A stretch of 32,235 nt of DNA from a virus: the IMG/VR virus record IMGVR_UViG_3300037317_000075, positions 1-32,235 of that record, one strand, 5' to 3'. This document shows positions 1-8,802 of the stretch, piece after piece. The notes beneath the pieces were generated by a model that was not told the origin of the DNA, did no database searches, and worked only from the letters and a program-made list of their open reading frames with translations. Position 1 is the first letter of the stretch, and every line of letters begins with the position of its first letter. A program made the position numbers and the translations under genes.

Positions 1-236
1 CTGGCCCCGGTGGTCGAACTGGTAGCTGTGACCACAAAGGTGTAGACCAGTCCCTCCTGGGTCGAGGGAAGCGTAACCACAAGGTCAGCCGCATTCAAGC
101 GAATGACCTTGCCGCTGTCCTCAGGGGTCAATGTGGTGTTTTCGGTCAGCGTGACCATATTGGGATAACAGATACTCCCGCCAACCACCCAACTATCAGG
201 GCTTTCGGCGTGGTTGTCGCCTTCGTAGTAGGTCAT
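1..236 (-). CDS. Hypothetical virion-module protein; 3' end cut by the window edge
   Basis: ATG at 236..234 is preceded by AGGAGG 7 nt upstream. The frame is open to position 1 (MTYYEGDNHAESPDSWVVGG...). It starts 11 nt after the stop of the 247..714 ORF. It is not in the ORF track because it has no stop in the window. Confidence 0.55.
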   Translation of the reverse strand, partial: MTYYEGDNHAESPDSWVVGGSICYPNMVTLTENTTLTPEDSGKVIRLNAADLVVTLPSTQEGLVYTFVVTATSSTTGA

Positions 237-246
237 CAGATGCCTC

Positions 247-714
247 CTAGCTGCCCTGCGTCGTCAGGCTATCAGCGAGCGCCCCGTTGACCGATTGATG
301 CACAATGGTCGTCGCGTTGTCGGCGTAGGACACTGGCATGTGATGCCCGCGATACAGCACGGCGATAAACTCCCCGAAGGCAGCATTCGCGGTGCCGATG
401 GTCGTGGTAAGCGCGACGTACTGGCCCGGCGGGTGCTGCACGTCGATGACGACCAGATGGTTGTCGTCGTCATCCGCGATAGCCAGTGTGCCGTTCGATA
501 CATCCTTGCCGCCGGTGAAGTCGCTGGCGCCCGCTGCCTGGACAACGAAGTCCACGTCGGTCGTAGCAGCCAGGGTTTGCGTATTGACCAGGAAGGCCAC
601 ACCGTCGAAGCCGCCATCCTGGGCCATATCGACCACATCGGTCGTGATAGTGTTCGTGCCTGCGCCTACAGCGGCATTGACACGCAGGAACTTGCACGTT
701 TCAGTGAGAAGCAT
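247..714 (-). CDS. Hypothetical structural protein immediately downstream of the capsid gene
   Basis: 155-aa ORF, same strand and tight spacing with the capsid gene. Competing overlapping ORFs look like GC-rich frame artefacts. No family recognised. Confidence 0.6.
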   Translation of the reverse strand: MLLTETCKFLRVNAAVGAGTNTITTDVVDMAQDGGFDGVAFLVNTQTLAATTDVDFVVQAAGASDFTGGKDVSNGTLAIADDDDNHLVVIDVQHPPGQYVALTTTIGTANAAFGEFIAVLYRGHHMPVSYADNATTIVHQSVNGALADSLTTQGS

Positions 715-742
715 TGTTCTTATCCTTTCCTCGCGTTAGCCG

Positions 743-3124
743 CTAGGCTTTCATCTGGAGGTACTTGACAGCGGTGGCGTCAACGACACGGCTGTCCATT
801 CGGCGATACCAACGGAAGCCAATCTGCCCCTTGCCCGAATAAAGTTCATCCAGACGCTTCATCTCCATCCCGGCAAAATCAGCAATCCAGAAGCGGTCAA
901 GGTTAGCGAAGATGAGCACCTTTGCACTGGCATCGACGCCGGGCACACCGTCCATCGTGTAGACCATCTTGCCCATCAGCTGGTCGGGCGCATCAGCGGT
1001 CAGCGACGGCGACCAGAGCGGATTGCCGAAGCTGTCTTTAATCTTCCGTAGCGCGCCGATGGTCGTATCGTTGGTGATAAACACAGCGCGCTGCCGGTGA
1101 AAGCGGTTCAGCGAGTAGACGAGGTTGACAATGTCGTCATATTCAATCGTCGCCTTCGTGCTGGTCGCGCCGAGCGTGCCACCAGTGAGCAAGCCCTGTG
1201 GCTCGCTACCCCCACCGCCGGTCAGAAAGACGGTGTTCTCAGCGTCGGCAAAGCCCTGCACCGCATCGGGCACAATGACATTTTCGACCACAGGGAAGCG
1301 ACCATCAGCGAGCAACTCATCACTGACCTTGACCAGCTTTGTGTACTTGTAGGGCGAGAAGATGACCTCGCCGAGCGACGGTGCATCAGGGGTGTAGTCG
1401 CCCTCCTCGCGGGTCAGCATGGCAGCACCACTGTTGCTCATCGTCGGCACGCTGAACTGTCGTGTGCCGCTCAGCGTAATCTGCCGGGCCCCAGCCAGGC
1501 GCAGTACGCTCTGCTGCTCTTGCAGCGTCAGGATGAGTTCGCCGCTGTAGGTGTTCGGCACCAGCACGCCGCCCTCGGTGCCCACATCTTCTTGCAGGTC
1601 ACGCACCGCCAGGGCACCATTTCGCACATAGGTATTGAACCGGCGAATACTCCGCTCTTCGTCAGTCATCTCTGGCTCCGATGTGATAATGCCACCCTCG
1701 CCGCGAGGCGCAGGCGCGCCGCGCATTTCGTCGAGTTGCGAGCGCAGGGGGGCAATCTGCTCATTCACAACGTCCGTGAACAGGGCCCGCATACTGGCCG
1801 AGTCCATTGCTGCGGTTGACGCAGGCGGCGCGGCCTGCGGTGGCTGTGCAGGCGCAGCAGAAGCGGCGGGTTGCGCCGGGGCCTGCTGCTGCTGGCGGGT
1901 CGGCGGCGCGTGCGGTGCATCCTGCGCCGGTGCGCCCTGCTGCTGCTGACCCTCTTGCGTGATGTTCTCTTCTTCCACTGCGGTTCCTCCACTACTGCTA
2001 CTGCGATGCGGCGCCCGTTGCGCCGTCTGCGATTCCGACACAAGATGCACGCCGAGCGTGCGCGGCTCAGCGGGGGTTGGCGTCAGACTAAACTCGATAA
2101 TCGGCCATTGCCGGATGGTGATGTTGTCTTCAGCCATCCGGACGAGATGCGCGGCGCTGCCTGACGACCAACCAAGCACCCCCCGGTTAATCAGGTCAAG
2201 CACATAGTCCATATAGTTGGCATGGCGATTTAACTGCGCCTCAATCCAGAGGCCATCGTCGTTTGGCGTTGCTTTGACGACGACGCCGAGGCTATGCTCT
2301 GGCGGGCCGGTCATTGTGTGGTCATAGTAGACCGGCAAGACACTGCCACGGATGAAGGGCCCGAAGTCGGTAGACGCCTCAAAGCGCGTGCCGTAGAGGT
2401 CTTGCCCTCCGAAGCGCACGCCATACCCGCCGACCGTGATGACATCAGGCGTCTCGCTGAGCACCCGCACAGCACTGCCGGTCAGTGCTCGCCTCGCCTG
2501 CGGAAGCGTGTCGGGCTGCGTCGGGTTGGTCACTGGTACATACTCTCGCGTCACGCGCTGCCAGGCATCGCGGTCTGCTACTGTGACGCTATCATCCTCA
2601 TTGACTGTCCAGGGAATGCGCCAGTACTGGTCGTTGACCGTCTCCTGGATGATGACAACCTGCTCAATCGGCAGCACCGTTTCAATGTAAAACGGGGCAG
2701 CACGCATGTCGTCAATCCAAATGTCTGCGGTGCCGAAAATGTCTTCCAGCGCAATGCGGATGCGGCTGGATAGGTCTGACATATCGAGCGACCGGGCCGG
2801 TGGCGGCATATCAGGTTGTGTCGGGTTGGTCACTGGTACATACTCCGGCGTGACGCGCTGCCAATCGAGCCTCGGTGCAATGGTGATGCTGTCATCCTCG
2901 TGGGCTGTCCAGGGGATACGCCAGTACTGCCTGCTCTGCTGGTTATAAACAATCGCCGCCGCCTCAAGCGGCAGAATAGCATGGACGCTATAGCGCGCAG
3001 GGTCAAGGTCTTCATCGCCGCCCAGCACTTCACCCAATGCCTCTCGCACCCGACCAGAGAGGTCATAGCTCGGCAGCGACCGGGCCGCGCCGTCTTCGAC
3101 TGTACCGTTGCGGTGTCTTGCCAT
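743..3124 (-). CDS. Prohead protease / Q-A-P-rich linker / HK97-fold major capsid protein fusion, with a duplicated N-terminal domain
   Basis: 793-aa ORF. Residues ~16-212 are two ~100-aa repeats (YWRIPWT..EDDS.T....WQRVT.EYVPVTNPTQPD). The middle part (GYGVRFGGQDLYGTRFE...LGWSSGS) resembles HK97-type prohead proteases. A low-complexity Q/A/P linker follows. The C-terminal ~320 aa (LRLAGARQITLSG...SPYKYTKLVKVSDELLADG...GFRWYRRMD) resembles HK97-family capsid proteins. Confidence 0.8.
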   Translation of the reverse strand: MARHRNGTVEDGAARSLPSYDLSGRVREALGEVLGGDEDLDPARYSVHAILPLEAAAIVYNQQSRQYWRIPWTAHEDDSITIAPRLDWQRVTPEYVPVTNPTQPDMPPPARSLDMSDLSSRIRIALEDIFGTADIWIDDMRAAPFYIETVLPIEQVVIIQETVNDQYWRIPWTVNEDDSVTVADRDAWQRVTREYVPVTNPTQPDTLPQARRALTGSAVRVLSETPDVITVGGYGVRFGGQDLYGTRFEASTDFGPFIRGSVLPVYYDHTMTGPPEHSLGVVVKATPNDDGLWIEAQLNRHANYMDYVLDLINRGVLGWSSGSAAHLVRMAEDNITIRQWPIIEFSLTPTPAEPRTLGVHLVSESQTAQRAPHRSSSSGGTAVEEENITQEGQQQQGAPAQDAPHAPPTRQQQQAPAQPAASAAPAQPPQAAPPASTAAMDSASMRALFTDVVNEQIAPLRSQLDEMRGAPAPRGEGGIITSEPEMTDEERSIRRFNTYVRNGALAVRDLQEDVGTEGGVLVPNTYSGELILTLQEQQSVLRLAGARQITLSGTRQFSVPTMSNSGAAMLTREEGDYTPDAPSLGEVIFSPYKYTKLVKVSDELLADGRFPVVENVIVPDAVQGFADAENTVFLTGGGGSEPQGLLTGGTLGATSTKATIEYDDIVNLVYSLNRFHRQRAVFITNDTTIGALRKIKDSFGNPLWSPSLTADAPDQLMGKMVYTMDGVPGVDASAKVLIFANLDRFWIADFAGMEMKRLDELYSGKGQIGFRWYRRMDSRVVDATAVKYLQMKA
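2489..3079 (-). repeat. Intragenic tandem duplication (~300 bp x 2) encoding the repeated N-terminal domain of the protease-capsid fusion
   Basis: DNA blocks such as gtcgggttggtcactggtacatactc..cg.gt.acgcgctgcca occur at ~2517-2565 and ~2817-2865. The two protein repeats align over ~100 aa. Confidence 0.85.
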
Positions 3125-3140
3125 TGTGTCCTAATCCTGC

Positions 3141-3175
3141 AAAAAAAAGGCACCACCCCGCAATGGGATGGCACC
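3141..3175 (-). terminator. Intrinsic terminator between the tRNA and the capsid gene
   Basis: The - strand RNA is GGUGCCAUCCC-AUUGC-GGGGUGGUGCC followed by U8. All 11 stem pairs form only on the - strand, because three are G.U wobbles. Confidence 0.7.
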
Positions 3176-3277
3176 TATGGGCACCGTAAGGCGTTGCTCT
3201 TTCGTTGGTGCTCGTCTCTCCGAGCCGTCCCACCACTACCATGCCTCGTCAGGTGGCTACAATCACAAACAGGTCAT

Positions 3278-3352
<75 letters not shown>

Positions 3353-3585
3353 TCACGGATACCCGGGGGCTGGGAAAGCCATTACGCGCAACGTCTGTTC
3401 AAGGCCCCACTTAGCACGACGCTGACCCCCAGGTATCTTTGCGATAGCGCGTGCGTCTCCGATTTCGCTTGTTGCCGTCGAGGATGCCGGGAAAACATCA
3501 TACACAGAGAGGATGCTTCTTTGTTCCGACTAGGGTCAATTCCCCTTGTTGACGGGCACCCTATGACGTGCCCACGGCTGCGCTA

Positions 3586-3804
3586 TCAATCCCCCCCATT
3601 GTACACTATCCCTTCAACGAGCGCAAGCCCCTGTACCCCTTGCGTGTCGCGGAGAAGGGCCAGGAACTCTTGAATAGTGATGGATTGCCAGAGGTTCTTC
3701 CCGTGCCACCGCACCTTGAAATTCAGTGTGCCTGTGTCGGTGTCAACGTAGCACAGCGGCGCGATGTGTTCTTCCCCCTGAAGCGGAATGCGATTGCCTT
3801 GCAT
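3586..3804 (-). CDS. Small hypothetical protein translationally coupled to the tail fibre gene (possible fibre chaperone)
   Basis: ATG at 3804..3802 overlaps the tail-fibre stop TGA (3806..3804) as ATGA. 72 aa. No family recognised. Confidence 0.5.
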   Translation of the reverse strand: MQGNRIPLQGEEHIAPLCYVDTDTGTLNFKVRWHGKNLWQSITIQEFLALLRDTQGVQGLALVEGIVYNGGD

Positions 3805-5114
3805 CAACTCAACGTCTCCACTACTTGCACTTTGAGTACCTGCAACGTCCCGTCGCTGAGCACCTGCGCGACCTTTGTCCCCGCAGGCGCGTCATAGATT
3901 TCCAACAGCGATGCGGTCTGACCGCTCGTGCCTGTGACTGTGACAGGCACCATCCCGGCAGCGCTACTGCTCACGGAGGCATCCTGCTCAGGCAGCGCGC
4001 CGATATCGCCGGGGGCCAGGGGGTCACTGCCGCCGGTGGCATGCTCAGCAGCATGCGCGGGAAGGTCGCCAGGAACCAGTGCTCCGAACGCGACCGTGGC
4101 GGCCCCGGTTGCGCGTAGCACATGCCCACTGGTGAGTGTTGCAATCGCCGGGTAGAGGTCGAGCTTGGCCTTATCGCCGGAAGGCATAAAGCCATTCGCT
4201 CCGCTGGTCGCCGCCGCGTGCAAGGTGCCCCCTCCCCGGTCGCCGTGTACCGTATCGTCTATCTCTGGTAACTCGGCAGGGGTTAGCGCAGCGCTGGTCA
4301 CGTTGCCGCTCGCGTCACTTTGAAGCACCCCGGCAGCAAGCCCTGATACCTGAAGCGCCACGAGAATAGCCTTTGCGCTGGTCGTGTCCACTGCGAGCAC
4401 ACTCACCCCGGCGTCAGTCTGCACATCAAAGGCAGCAGCGTTGTTCACCGCGGGCTTGACGAGCACCTGGCTCAGCGCCAACCAGAGCGCTGCGCTATTC
4501 GGGGATACGTTGTCATCCTGGATAGCGCGCAACGTCCCGTCAAGGCTCTGTCCATCAGCGAGCTTGAGGTTTTCGACGCCTCCGGTTGCCGGAGCCGTGG
4601 GCGTCCACTGCGCCCCGTCCCATCCAAGAAGCTGCCCTGATGACGGCGCGCTGCTATCCACGTCGCGTCCCTGCAAGCGCACGACCGTGTTGCTCGCCGT
4701 GGTGCCAGTCACGTCACCGCTCAGTGTCGCGCCGAGGGTCTGCAATACCCACTGCCCCGCGCCGCTCGACCAGACATAAATCTGGTTGTTCGCGGGCGCA
4801 TCAGTGGTCACGCTGCGCCCTTGAATATAAGTTGCGTCCCGATACCCGGCAGGCATCCGCGCCTCGGCAATGGTTCCGGCAGTAATCTGGCTGGCATCGA
4901 ACGCGGCGCTGCCCAGGTCGGTCAGGCGGAGAATATCGTTCGCTGCTGCGGGCGCCGATGACACCTGCACCGCAGTCGTGCTGAGCAGGAGTGGAGTAGG
5001 GGTGCCCTCACCATCCTCGACCGCTGTGGGCGTGGCATTGGCCCCATCCGCGTTGGGCACCTGCAAGAGCCGCATGTACGTATCTTTGATGTTACTTCCA
5101 GCCAGTGTTCCCAT
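3804..5114 (-). CDS. Tail fibre / receptor-binding protein
   Basis: 436-aa G/A/T/S-rich ORF with N-terminus MGTLAGSNIKDTYMRLLQV. The HAAEHATGGSDPLAPGDIGA motif is of the kind common in phage fibre proteins. Confidence 0.65.
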   Translation of the reverse strand: MGTLAGSNIKDTYMRLLQVPNADGANATPTAVEDGEGTPTPLLLSTTAVQVSSAPAAANDILRLTDLGSAAFDASQITAGTIAEARMPAGYRDATYIQGRSVTTDAPANNQIYVWSSGAGQWVLQTLGATLSGDVTGTTASNTVVRLQGRDVDSSAPSSGQLLGWDGAQWTPTAPATGGVENLKLADGQSLDGTLRAIQDDNVSPNSAALWLALSQVLVKPAVNNAAAFDVQTDAGVSVLAVDTTSAKAILVALQVSGLAAGVLQSDASGNVTSAALTPAELPEIDDTVHGDRGGGTLHAAATSGANGFMPSGDKAKLDLYPAIATLTSGHVLRATGAATVAFGALVPGDLPAHAAEHATGGSDPLAPGDIGALPEQDASVSSSAAGMVPVTVTGTSGQTASLLEIYDAPAGTKVAQVLSDGTLQVLKVQVVETLS

Positions 5115-5311
5115 TACTCACTCCCTACGCTTCCGCCATAGCTGCCGCCCGTCGCCTGTCCAGTCCAGGCAGGCCCGACAACAAGCCTCCCGGTCGGCTC
5201 AGTGGTTGTCGTACTCGCGCACGGCCCATCACTGCTCTCCCAGGCATTGGGCGCAGTATCCCAGGCGCATTCGGCGGCGTCCCAGGTCACAATGCGCGCT
5301 CCACAGTCCAC
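5114..5311 (-). CDS. Small hypothetical protein between the LamG protein and the tail fibre
   Basis: Its stop overlaps the tail-fibre ATG (TAATG). The likely true start is GTG at 5290, forming GTGA with the upstream stop. The track start at 5311 is also GTG. Confidence 0.4.
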   Translation of the reverse strand: MDCGARIVTWDAAECAWDTAPNAWESSDGPCASTTTTEPTGRLVVGPAWTGQATGGSYGGSVGSE

Positions 5312-6396
5312 TCAGTCATAAAGGTCATTTCAATATGTGCCTCGAACGTCGCAATGAACTGTACCTGGAACGTTCCGGCGTGCTCAACGTCCACGGCGCT
5401 ATACTGCCAGATAAAACGACCTGTCGTCGGGTCGTCGTCGATGGGTAATGTGCCGGTGATGGTGCGCGCCGGTGCGAACTGCGGACGAATCACCCCGCTC
5501 AGCACCGCCCCGGTCAGGTCGAGGGCCGCGCCGCTCTTTGTCCAGGTGATTTGCTGGTAACTCCCGGCTGCCCCCTGCACCGCACGCGCCAGGCCCTCTG
5601 CGGTTTCGCTCACGCTGACTGTCAGCGCGGGGGTGCTGTAGTCGCGCCGGTCGCGCTCGCTCTCAATGTCTGCCTGCTCTAGCGCGCTGTCATACAGCTT
5701 TACATCGACCAGGTATCCGATGAGATACTGGTTTGATGAGAGGTTCACTGACTGCCCCGCCAGCAGCGCGCTGACGGCGCTGCTCGGCCAGGTATACGCC
5801 GAGGGCGCGTTGATGACCTGCGTGGTCGGACTGGTGGCATCGATGGGCCCATAGATGAAAAACGTGGCCGCGCCGCTCCCCCAGGTCACAGCCAGGTGAT
5901 ACCAATCGTTGTCGTTGTCTGTGGTGTCGAAGTCGTGATAGAGCACGTCTCCATTGACCCCATCAGCGGTCGCCGCGAGTTGCAACCGCTTCACCTCCGG
6001 CGTGGCTCCGCCGATGGCGTTGGGGTCAGCATCTTTGTATTCGTAGAGCACCTGGAGAAACGCTGTGCCGTCGGTGATGTACAGCACCACCCCATCCTGG
6101 TCGGTGGTTGTTTCGTGGGCAGGATTCGTGTTGTCTGCCGGGGGCCGAAACCAGACCATCAGGGTTCCGGCGTCCATTGTGCTGCTGAGCCCGCTCGCGT
6201 TGCTGCTGCTGAGCAGGTCTACATACGCATCAGTGCCGTTCAGCAGGACACTCAGCACATCGGGGTCAGTCGAGGGGCTCGCGGCCTGGCCGAGCGTCGG
6301 CGTACCCACATAGACCCCTGGGGCGCTCCCCAGGCTATCCGCAGCGGTCGTGCCGCTCTGTTCGTTCAGTCTGTACCAGTGTAATGGTGTGGGCAT
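5287..6396 (-). CDS. LamG / concanavalin-A-like lectin domain protein (tail or baseplate associated)
   Basis: The 369-aa N-terminal pattern is typical of Laminin-G_3 phage tail proteins: HWYRLNE.SGTTAADS.G...G.Y.G....G......D...S..LNGTDAYVD...(MVWFRP). Confidence 0.6.
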   Translation of the reverse strand: MPTPLHWYRLNEQSGTTAADSLGSAPGVYVGTPTLGQAASPSTDPDVLSVLLNGTDAYVDLLSSSNASGLSSTMDAGTLMVWFRPPADNTNPAHETTTDQDGVVLYITDGTAFLQVLYEYKDADPNAIGGATPEVKRLQLAATADGVNGDVLYHDFDTTDNDNDWYHLAVTWGSGAATFFIYGPIDATSPTTQVINAPSAYTWPSSAVSALLAGQSVNLSSNQYLIGYLVDVKLYDSALEQADIESERDRRDYSTPALTVSVSETAEGLARAVQGAAGSYQQITWTKSGAALDLTGAVLSGVIRPQFAPARTITGTLPIDDDPTTGRFIWQYSAVDVEHAGTFQVQFIATFEAHIEMTFMTEWTVERAL

Positions 6397-6397
6397 A

Positions 6398-6763
6398 TCA
6401 GGCTCCGAAGACCTCTTCGCATTCCAACGTGATGGTTATCTGGTTACTCTGGCCCTGCGGCACGCGAGTCGTTGTCTCAAACGTATGCGCAACGCCTTCC
6501 ACCGTGGCCGAGATGCGTGCCTTGCCCGTTGGCAGGTCTTGCCGCGCTACAATCGTGACTTCCCACCGCTGAAGCGTCGTTGTGATGGTGCCCCCTGCCC
6601 CATCATCGGTCACAGCGGTTTGCGGTTGCCGCGCTATGACAGCACATGGCACATCCGGGAGATTCACTGCGGTATCTCCCGGTACGTTGGTGATGGTGCA
6701 ACGGTCGGGGAGTCGCTTGTCACGCTCGGCGCGCAGGCGTCGCACCCAGGACGGCACAGCCAC
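6398..6763 (-). CDS. Hypothetical virion protein (head-tail connector sized)
   Basis: 121-aa ORF with a GTG start and AAGGGA 8 nt upstream, packed between structural genes. No motif recognised. Confidence 0.5.
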   Translation of the reverse strand: MAVPSWVRRLRAERDKRLPDRCTITNVPGDTAVNLPDVPCAVIARQPQTAVTDDGAGGTITTTLQRWEVTIVARQDLPTGKARISATVEGVAHTFETTTRVPQGQSNQITITLECEEVFGA

Positions 6764-6767
6764 GGCG

Positions 6768-7322
6768 CTATCCCTTCGTGCTCACCGGCATCGGTGGCCG
6801 CTTCGCCTGAAGCCGACTGATGAGCCGTTCCACGTTTGCGGCTATCTGGTCCAGGTTGATGGTGCCCATTGTGTCAGTCGTCGTGACCAGCTCCACCTTG
6901 CTGTCCAGCACCAGGTCGAGGCAATCGAGCGCCGCGCCGATGATATCCACATACGTCCCCTGGATATACACTGCTGTGCGCGCTTCCGCGAAGGTCCAGA
7001 CCCCGCGCTGCAAGTCCTGCGTCAGCGGCATAATCGCAGTGCTCCTGCTGTCCTGAAGCAGCGGCACTGGCGTGGTCGTTGCCGGGTCGCTGATGGTCGG
7101 GGCTCCGACCCACGGCGCGACCAACGCCGTGTATATTGTCGGTGTGCGACGCTGAAGACGCGCCGCCTGCGCGTCAGTGTTGACATAATCTTCGCGTCCA
7201 TAGACGGGCTTTTCATGGCGCACCACGGCATCATAGAGCGCCTGGTCGCGCAGGTCTATCCCGGCCTGAGCAATCTGGCGCCGCACCAGGGTCAGCACAT
7301 CGTGGTACGTGTCGGGTATCAC
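6768..7322 (-). CDS. Hypothetical virion protein
   Basis: 184-aa ORF. The GTG start forms GTGA with the upstream stop. Confidence 0.55.
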   Translation of the reverse strand: MIPDTYHDVLTLVRRQIAQAGIDLRDQALYDAVVRHEKPVYGREDYVNTDAQAARLQRRTPTIYTALVAPWVGAPTISDPATTTPVPLLQDSRSTAIMPLTQDLQRGVWTFAEARTAVYIQGTYVDIIGAALDCLDLVLDSKVELVTTTDTMGTINLDQIAANVERLISRLQAKRPPMPVSTKG

Positions 7323-7636
7323 GCTGGCCCTCCGCCCGCCGCGCCGAAGGCGAATTGCCCAGTGCGCTCATTTTTCAAGGCACAATCACAATTCGGGTGC
7401 AGCGGCGGGATATCATCCTCGCTGCCTTCGATGCGCCCATCGGCGTGCACCAGGATGCCTGCGCGTTCTCGCTCTTTGCCCCAGCACGCATCACACAGGT
7501 CGCTGCGGTAGCGCGACCAGACGTAGCGGTCAGGAGGTCGCTGTGGCTGCCCCGGCCCTGCGCGTCGCCGCGATAGACCCTGCGAGACGGCCTGTAGCGC
7601 CCTGCTGAGCGCTCTGAACGCGACACTAAGCAACAT
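7319..7636 (-). CDS. Minor head / head-morphogenesis protein, Mu F (SPP1 gp7) family C-terminal region
   Basis: W..YRSD.CDACWG....(x).PPLHPNCDC matches the hallmark PPLHPNCRC end of the Phage_Mu_F domain. ATG at 7636 has AAGGA 8 nt upstream. Confidence 0.65.
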   Translation of the reverse strand: MLLSVAFRALSRALQAVSQGLSRRRAGPGQPQRPPDRYVWSRYRSDLCDACWGKERERAGILVHADGRIEGSEDDIPPLHPNCDCALKNERTGQFAFGAAGGGPA

Positions 7637-8030
7637 CGTCCCATTCCTTCATAATCAGGTCAGTGCACAGCTGCACTGCGGTGCGAATAACGCGGGTCTG
7701 ATGCAGCACGATGGTATCGACGCGCTGCTCCCCGAATGCCCTGTCATCCTGGCCTGCTCTGCGCCACTTTTCGGTGCGGGTGCGCAGGATGTTCATCAGG
7801 TCGGGCATGTAGTCATTGAGATACGCCTCGACCCCCTCGCGCAGAAGCGCCTGCTGGTCGGGGGTGGTCAGGACAGATACATCGTCGGCGTAGGCCAGCA
7901 GACTATCGCGGATGACCTGCTCAAATCGCTGATAGAACCCCTGGGGGAGTTGCACTTCGCCCCTGGCTTCATTGAACAGGCTCAGCAGGTTCGCCTTCAT
8001 CGCCTGCTCCACCGGCGTCTGTACGCTCAT
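7626..8030 (-). CDS. Hypothetical protein, possibly the N-terminal half of the Mu F-like head protein
   Basis: The start was chosen at ATG 8030 (MSVQTPVEQ). An alternative is ATG 8000 with GGAG upstream. The longer track ORF overlaps the upstream gene. The segment RVDTIVLHQTRVIRTAV is reminiscent of the R.E.IARTE segment of Mu F domains. Confidence 0.45.
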   Translation of the reverse strand: MSVQTPVEQAMKANLLSLFNEARGEVQLPQGFYQRFEQVIRDSLLAYADDVSVLTTPDQQALLREGVEAYLNDYMPDLMNILRTRTEKWRRAGQDDRAFGEQRVDTIVLHQTRVIRTAVQLCTDLIMKEWDDVA

Positions 8031-8802
8031 CCCGTACCGCTCGTCCGCGTGTTCGGTGCCTTGTCGGGTCGGGGGAAGGTCGGGAGCGCTCTGTGTCGGT
8101 GTCGGCAGCGTTACCATTGGCCTCAAGAACGGACTCCGTTTCGTCATCGGCAGCAGGCTCAGCAGCAGTATCGTCGCTGTGCGTAGGCGCGTCGTCATCG
8201 GTGTCGTGGGCATTGCCGTCTCCTTCGTCTGGTGCCAACGCTGACCGCATCAGCGCAATGGCCTCGCGGAGCACTGCCCGGTCTTCGTCGTCATCCTGGC
8301 TCGTTGACCGCATTGCGTCTTCCAGGTGCGCCAGGCGCGCCGCGAGTTCAGTTTGTCGCTGCTCGTGCTGCATGCGGTCAACCTGCTGTTCGATGCGCAG
8401 CAGCCGAACGGCATCGTCGGGCCCCTGCTGTTCGATGCGCAGCAGCCGAACGGCATCGTCGGGCCCCTGCTGACCAGAGGCGTCGTCGTCGTCGGTAGCA
8501 TCAGGCTCCGGCGCGGGCGGCGCAGCAGCCTCCTCGACCGGCACATCGAATCCGTTGATAATCAGTGCTATCGCTGGGGGCACACCGCTCTGTATCGCGT
8601 AGCGTACCAGGAACAGGTTCCCCAGGCGCGCTCGCTGCTCCTCAGTGAACGTCATCTGCGGCGCGGCAACCTGCTCGCTCAGCGCCTCCATTGCATCCAT
8701 CAGCGTATCAAGGATATCAGATACGTCTTCGGGGGAATAGCGCTCGCCAACATCAGGCAGTGATGGCCCCGTCCCGTTCCCGTTGTTCAGTGGGTCGCTC
8801 AC
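7969..8802 (-). CDS. Acidic, coiled-coil scaffold-like protein
   Basis: Start proposed at GTG 8802 with AAGGAG 6 nt upstream, inside the portal 3' end. An alternative is ATG 8700. The protein is D/E-rich with heptad-like segments and an exact 14-aa duplication. Its position after the portal is typical of scaffold genes. Confidence 0.45.
   Translation of the reverse strand: MSDPLNNGNGTGPSLPDVGERYSPEDVSDILDTLMDAMEALSEQVAAPQMTFTEEQRARLGNLFLVRYAIQSGVPPAIALIINGFDVPVEEAAAPPAPEPDATDDDDASGQQGPDDAVRLLRIEQQGPDDAVRLLRIEQQVDRMQHEQRQTELAARLAHLEDAMRSTSQDDDEDRAVLREAIALMRSALAPDEGDGNAHDTDDDAPTHSDDTAAEPAADDETESVLEANGNAADTDTERSRPSPDPTRHRTRGRAVRDERTDAGGAGDEGEPAEPVQ
8383..8466. repeat. Perfect 42-bp tandem duplication inside the scaffold-like gene
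   Basis: ctgctgttcgatgcgcagcagccgaacggcatcgtcgggccc occurs at 8383-8424 and again at 8425-8466. It encodes QQGPDDAVRLLRIE twice. Confidence 0.95.
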
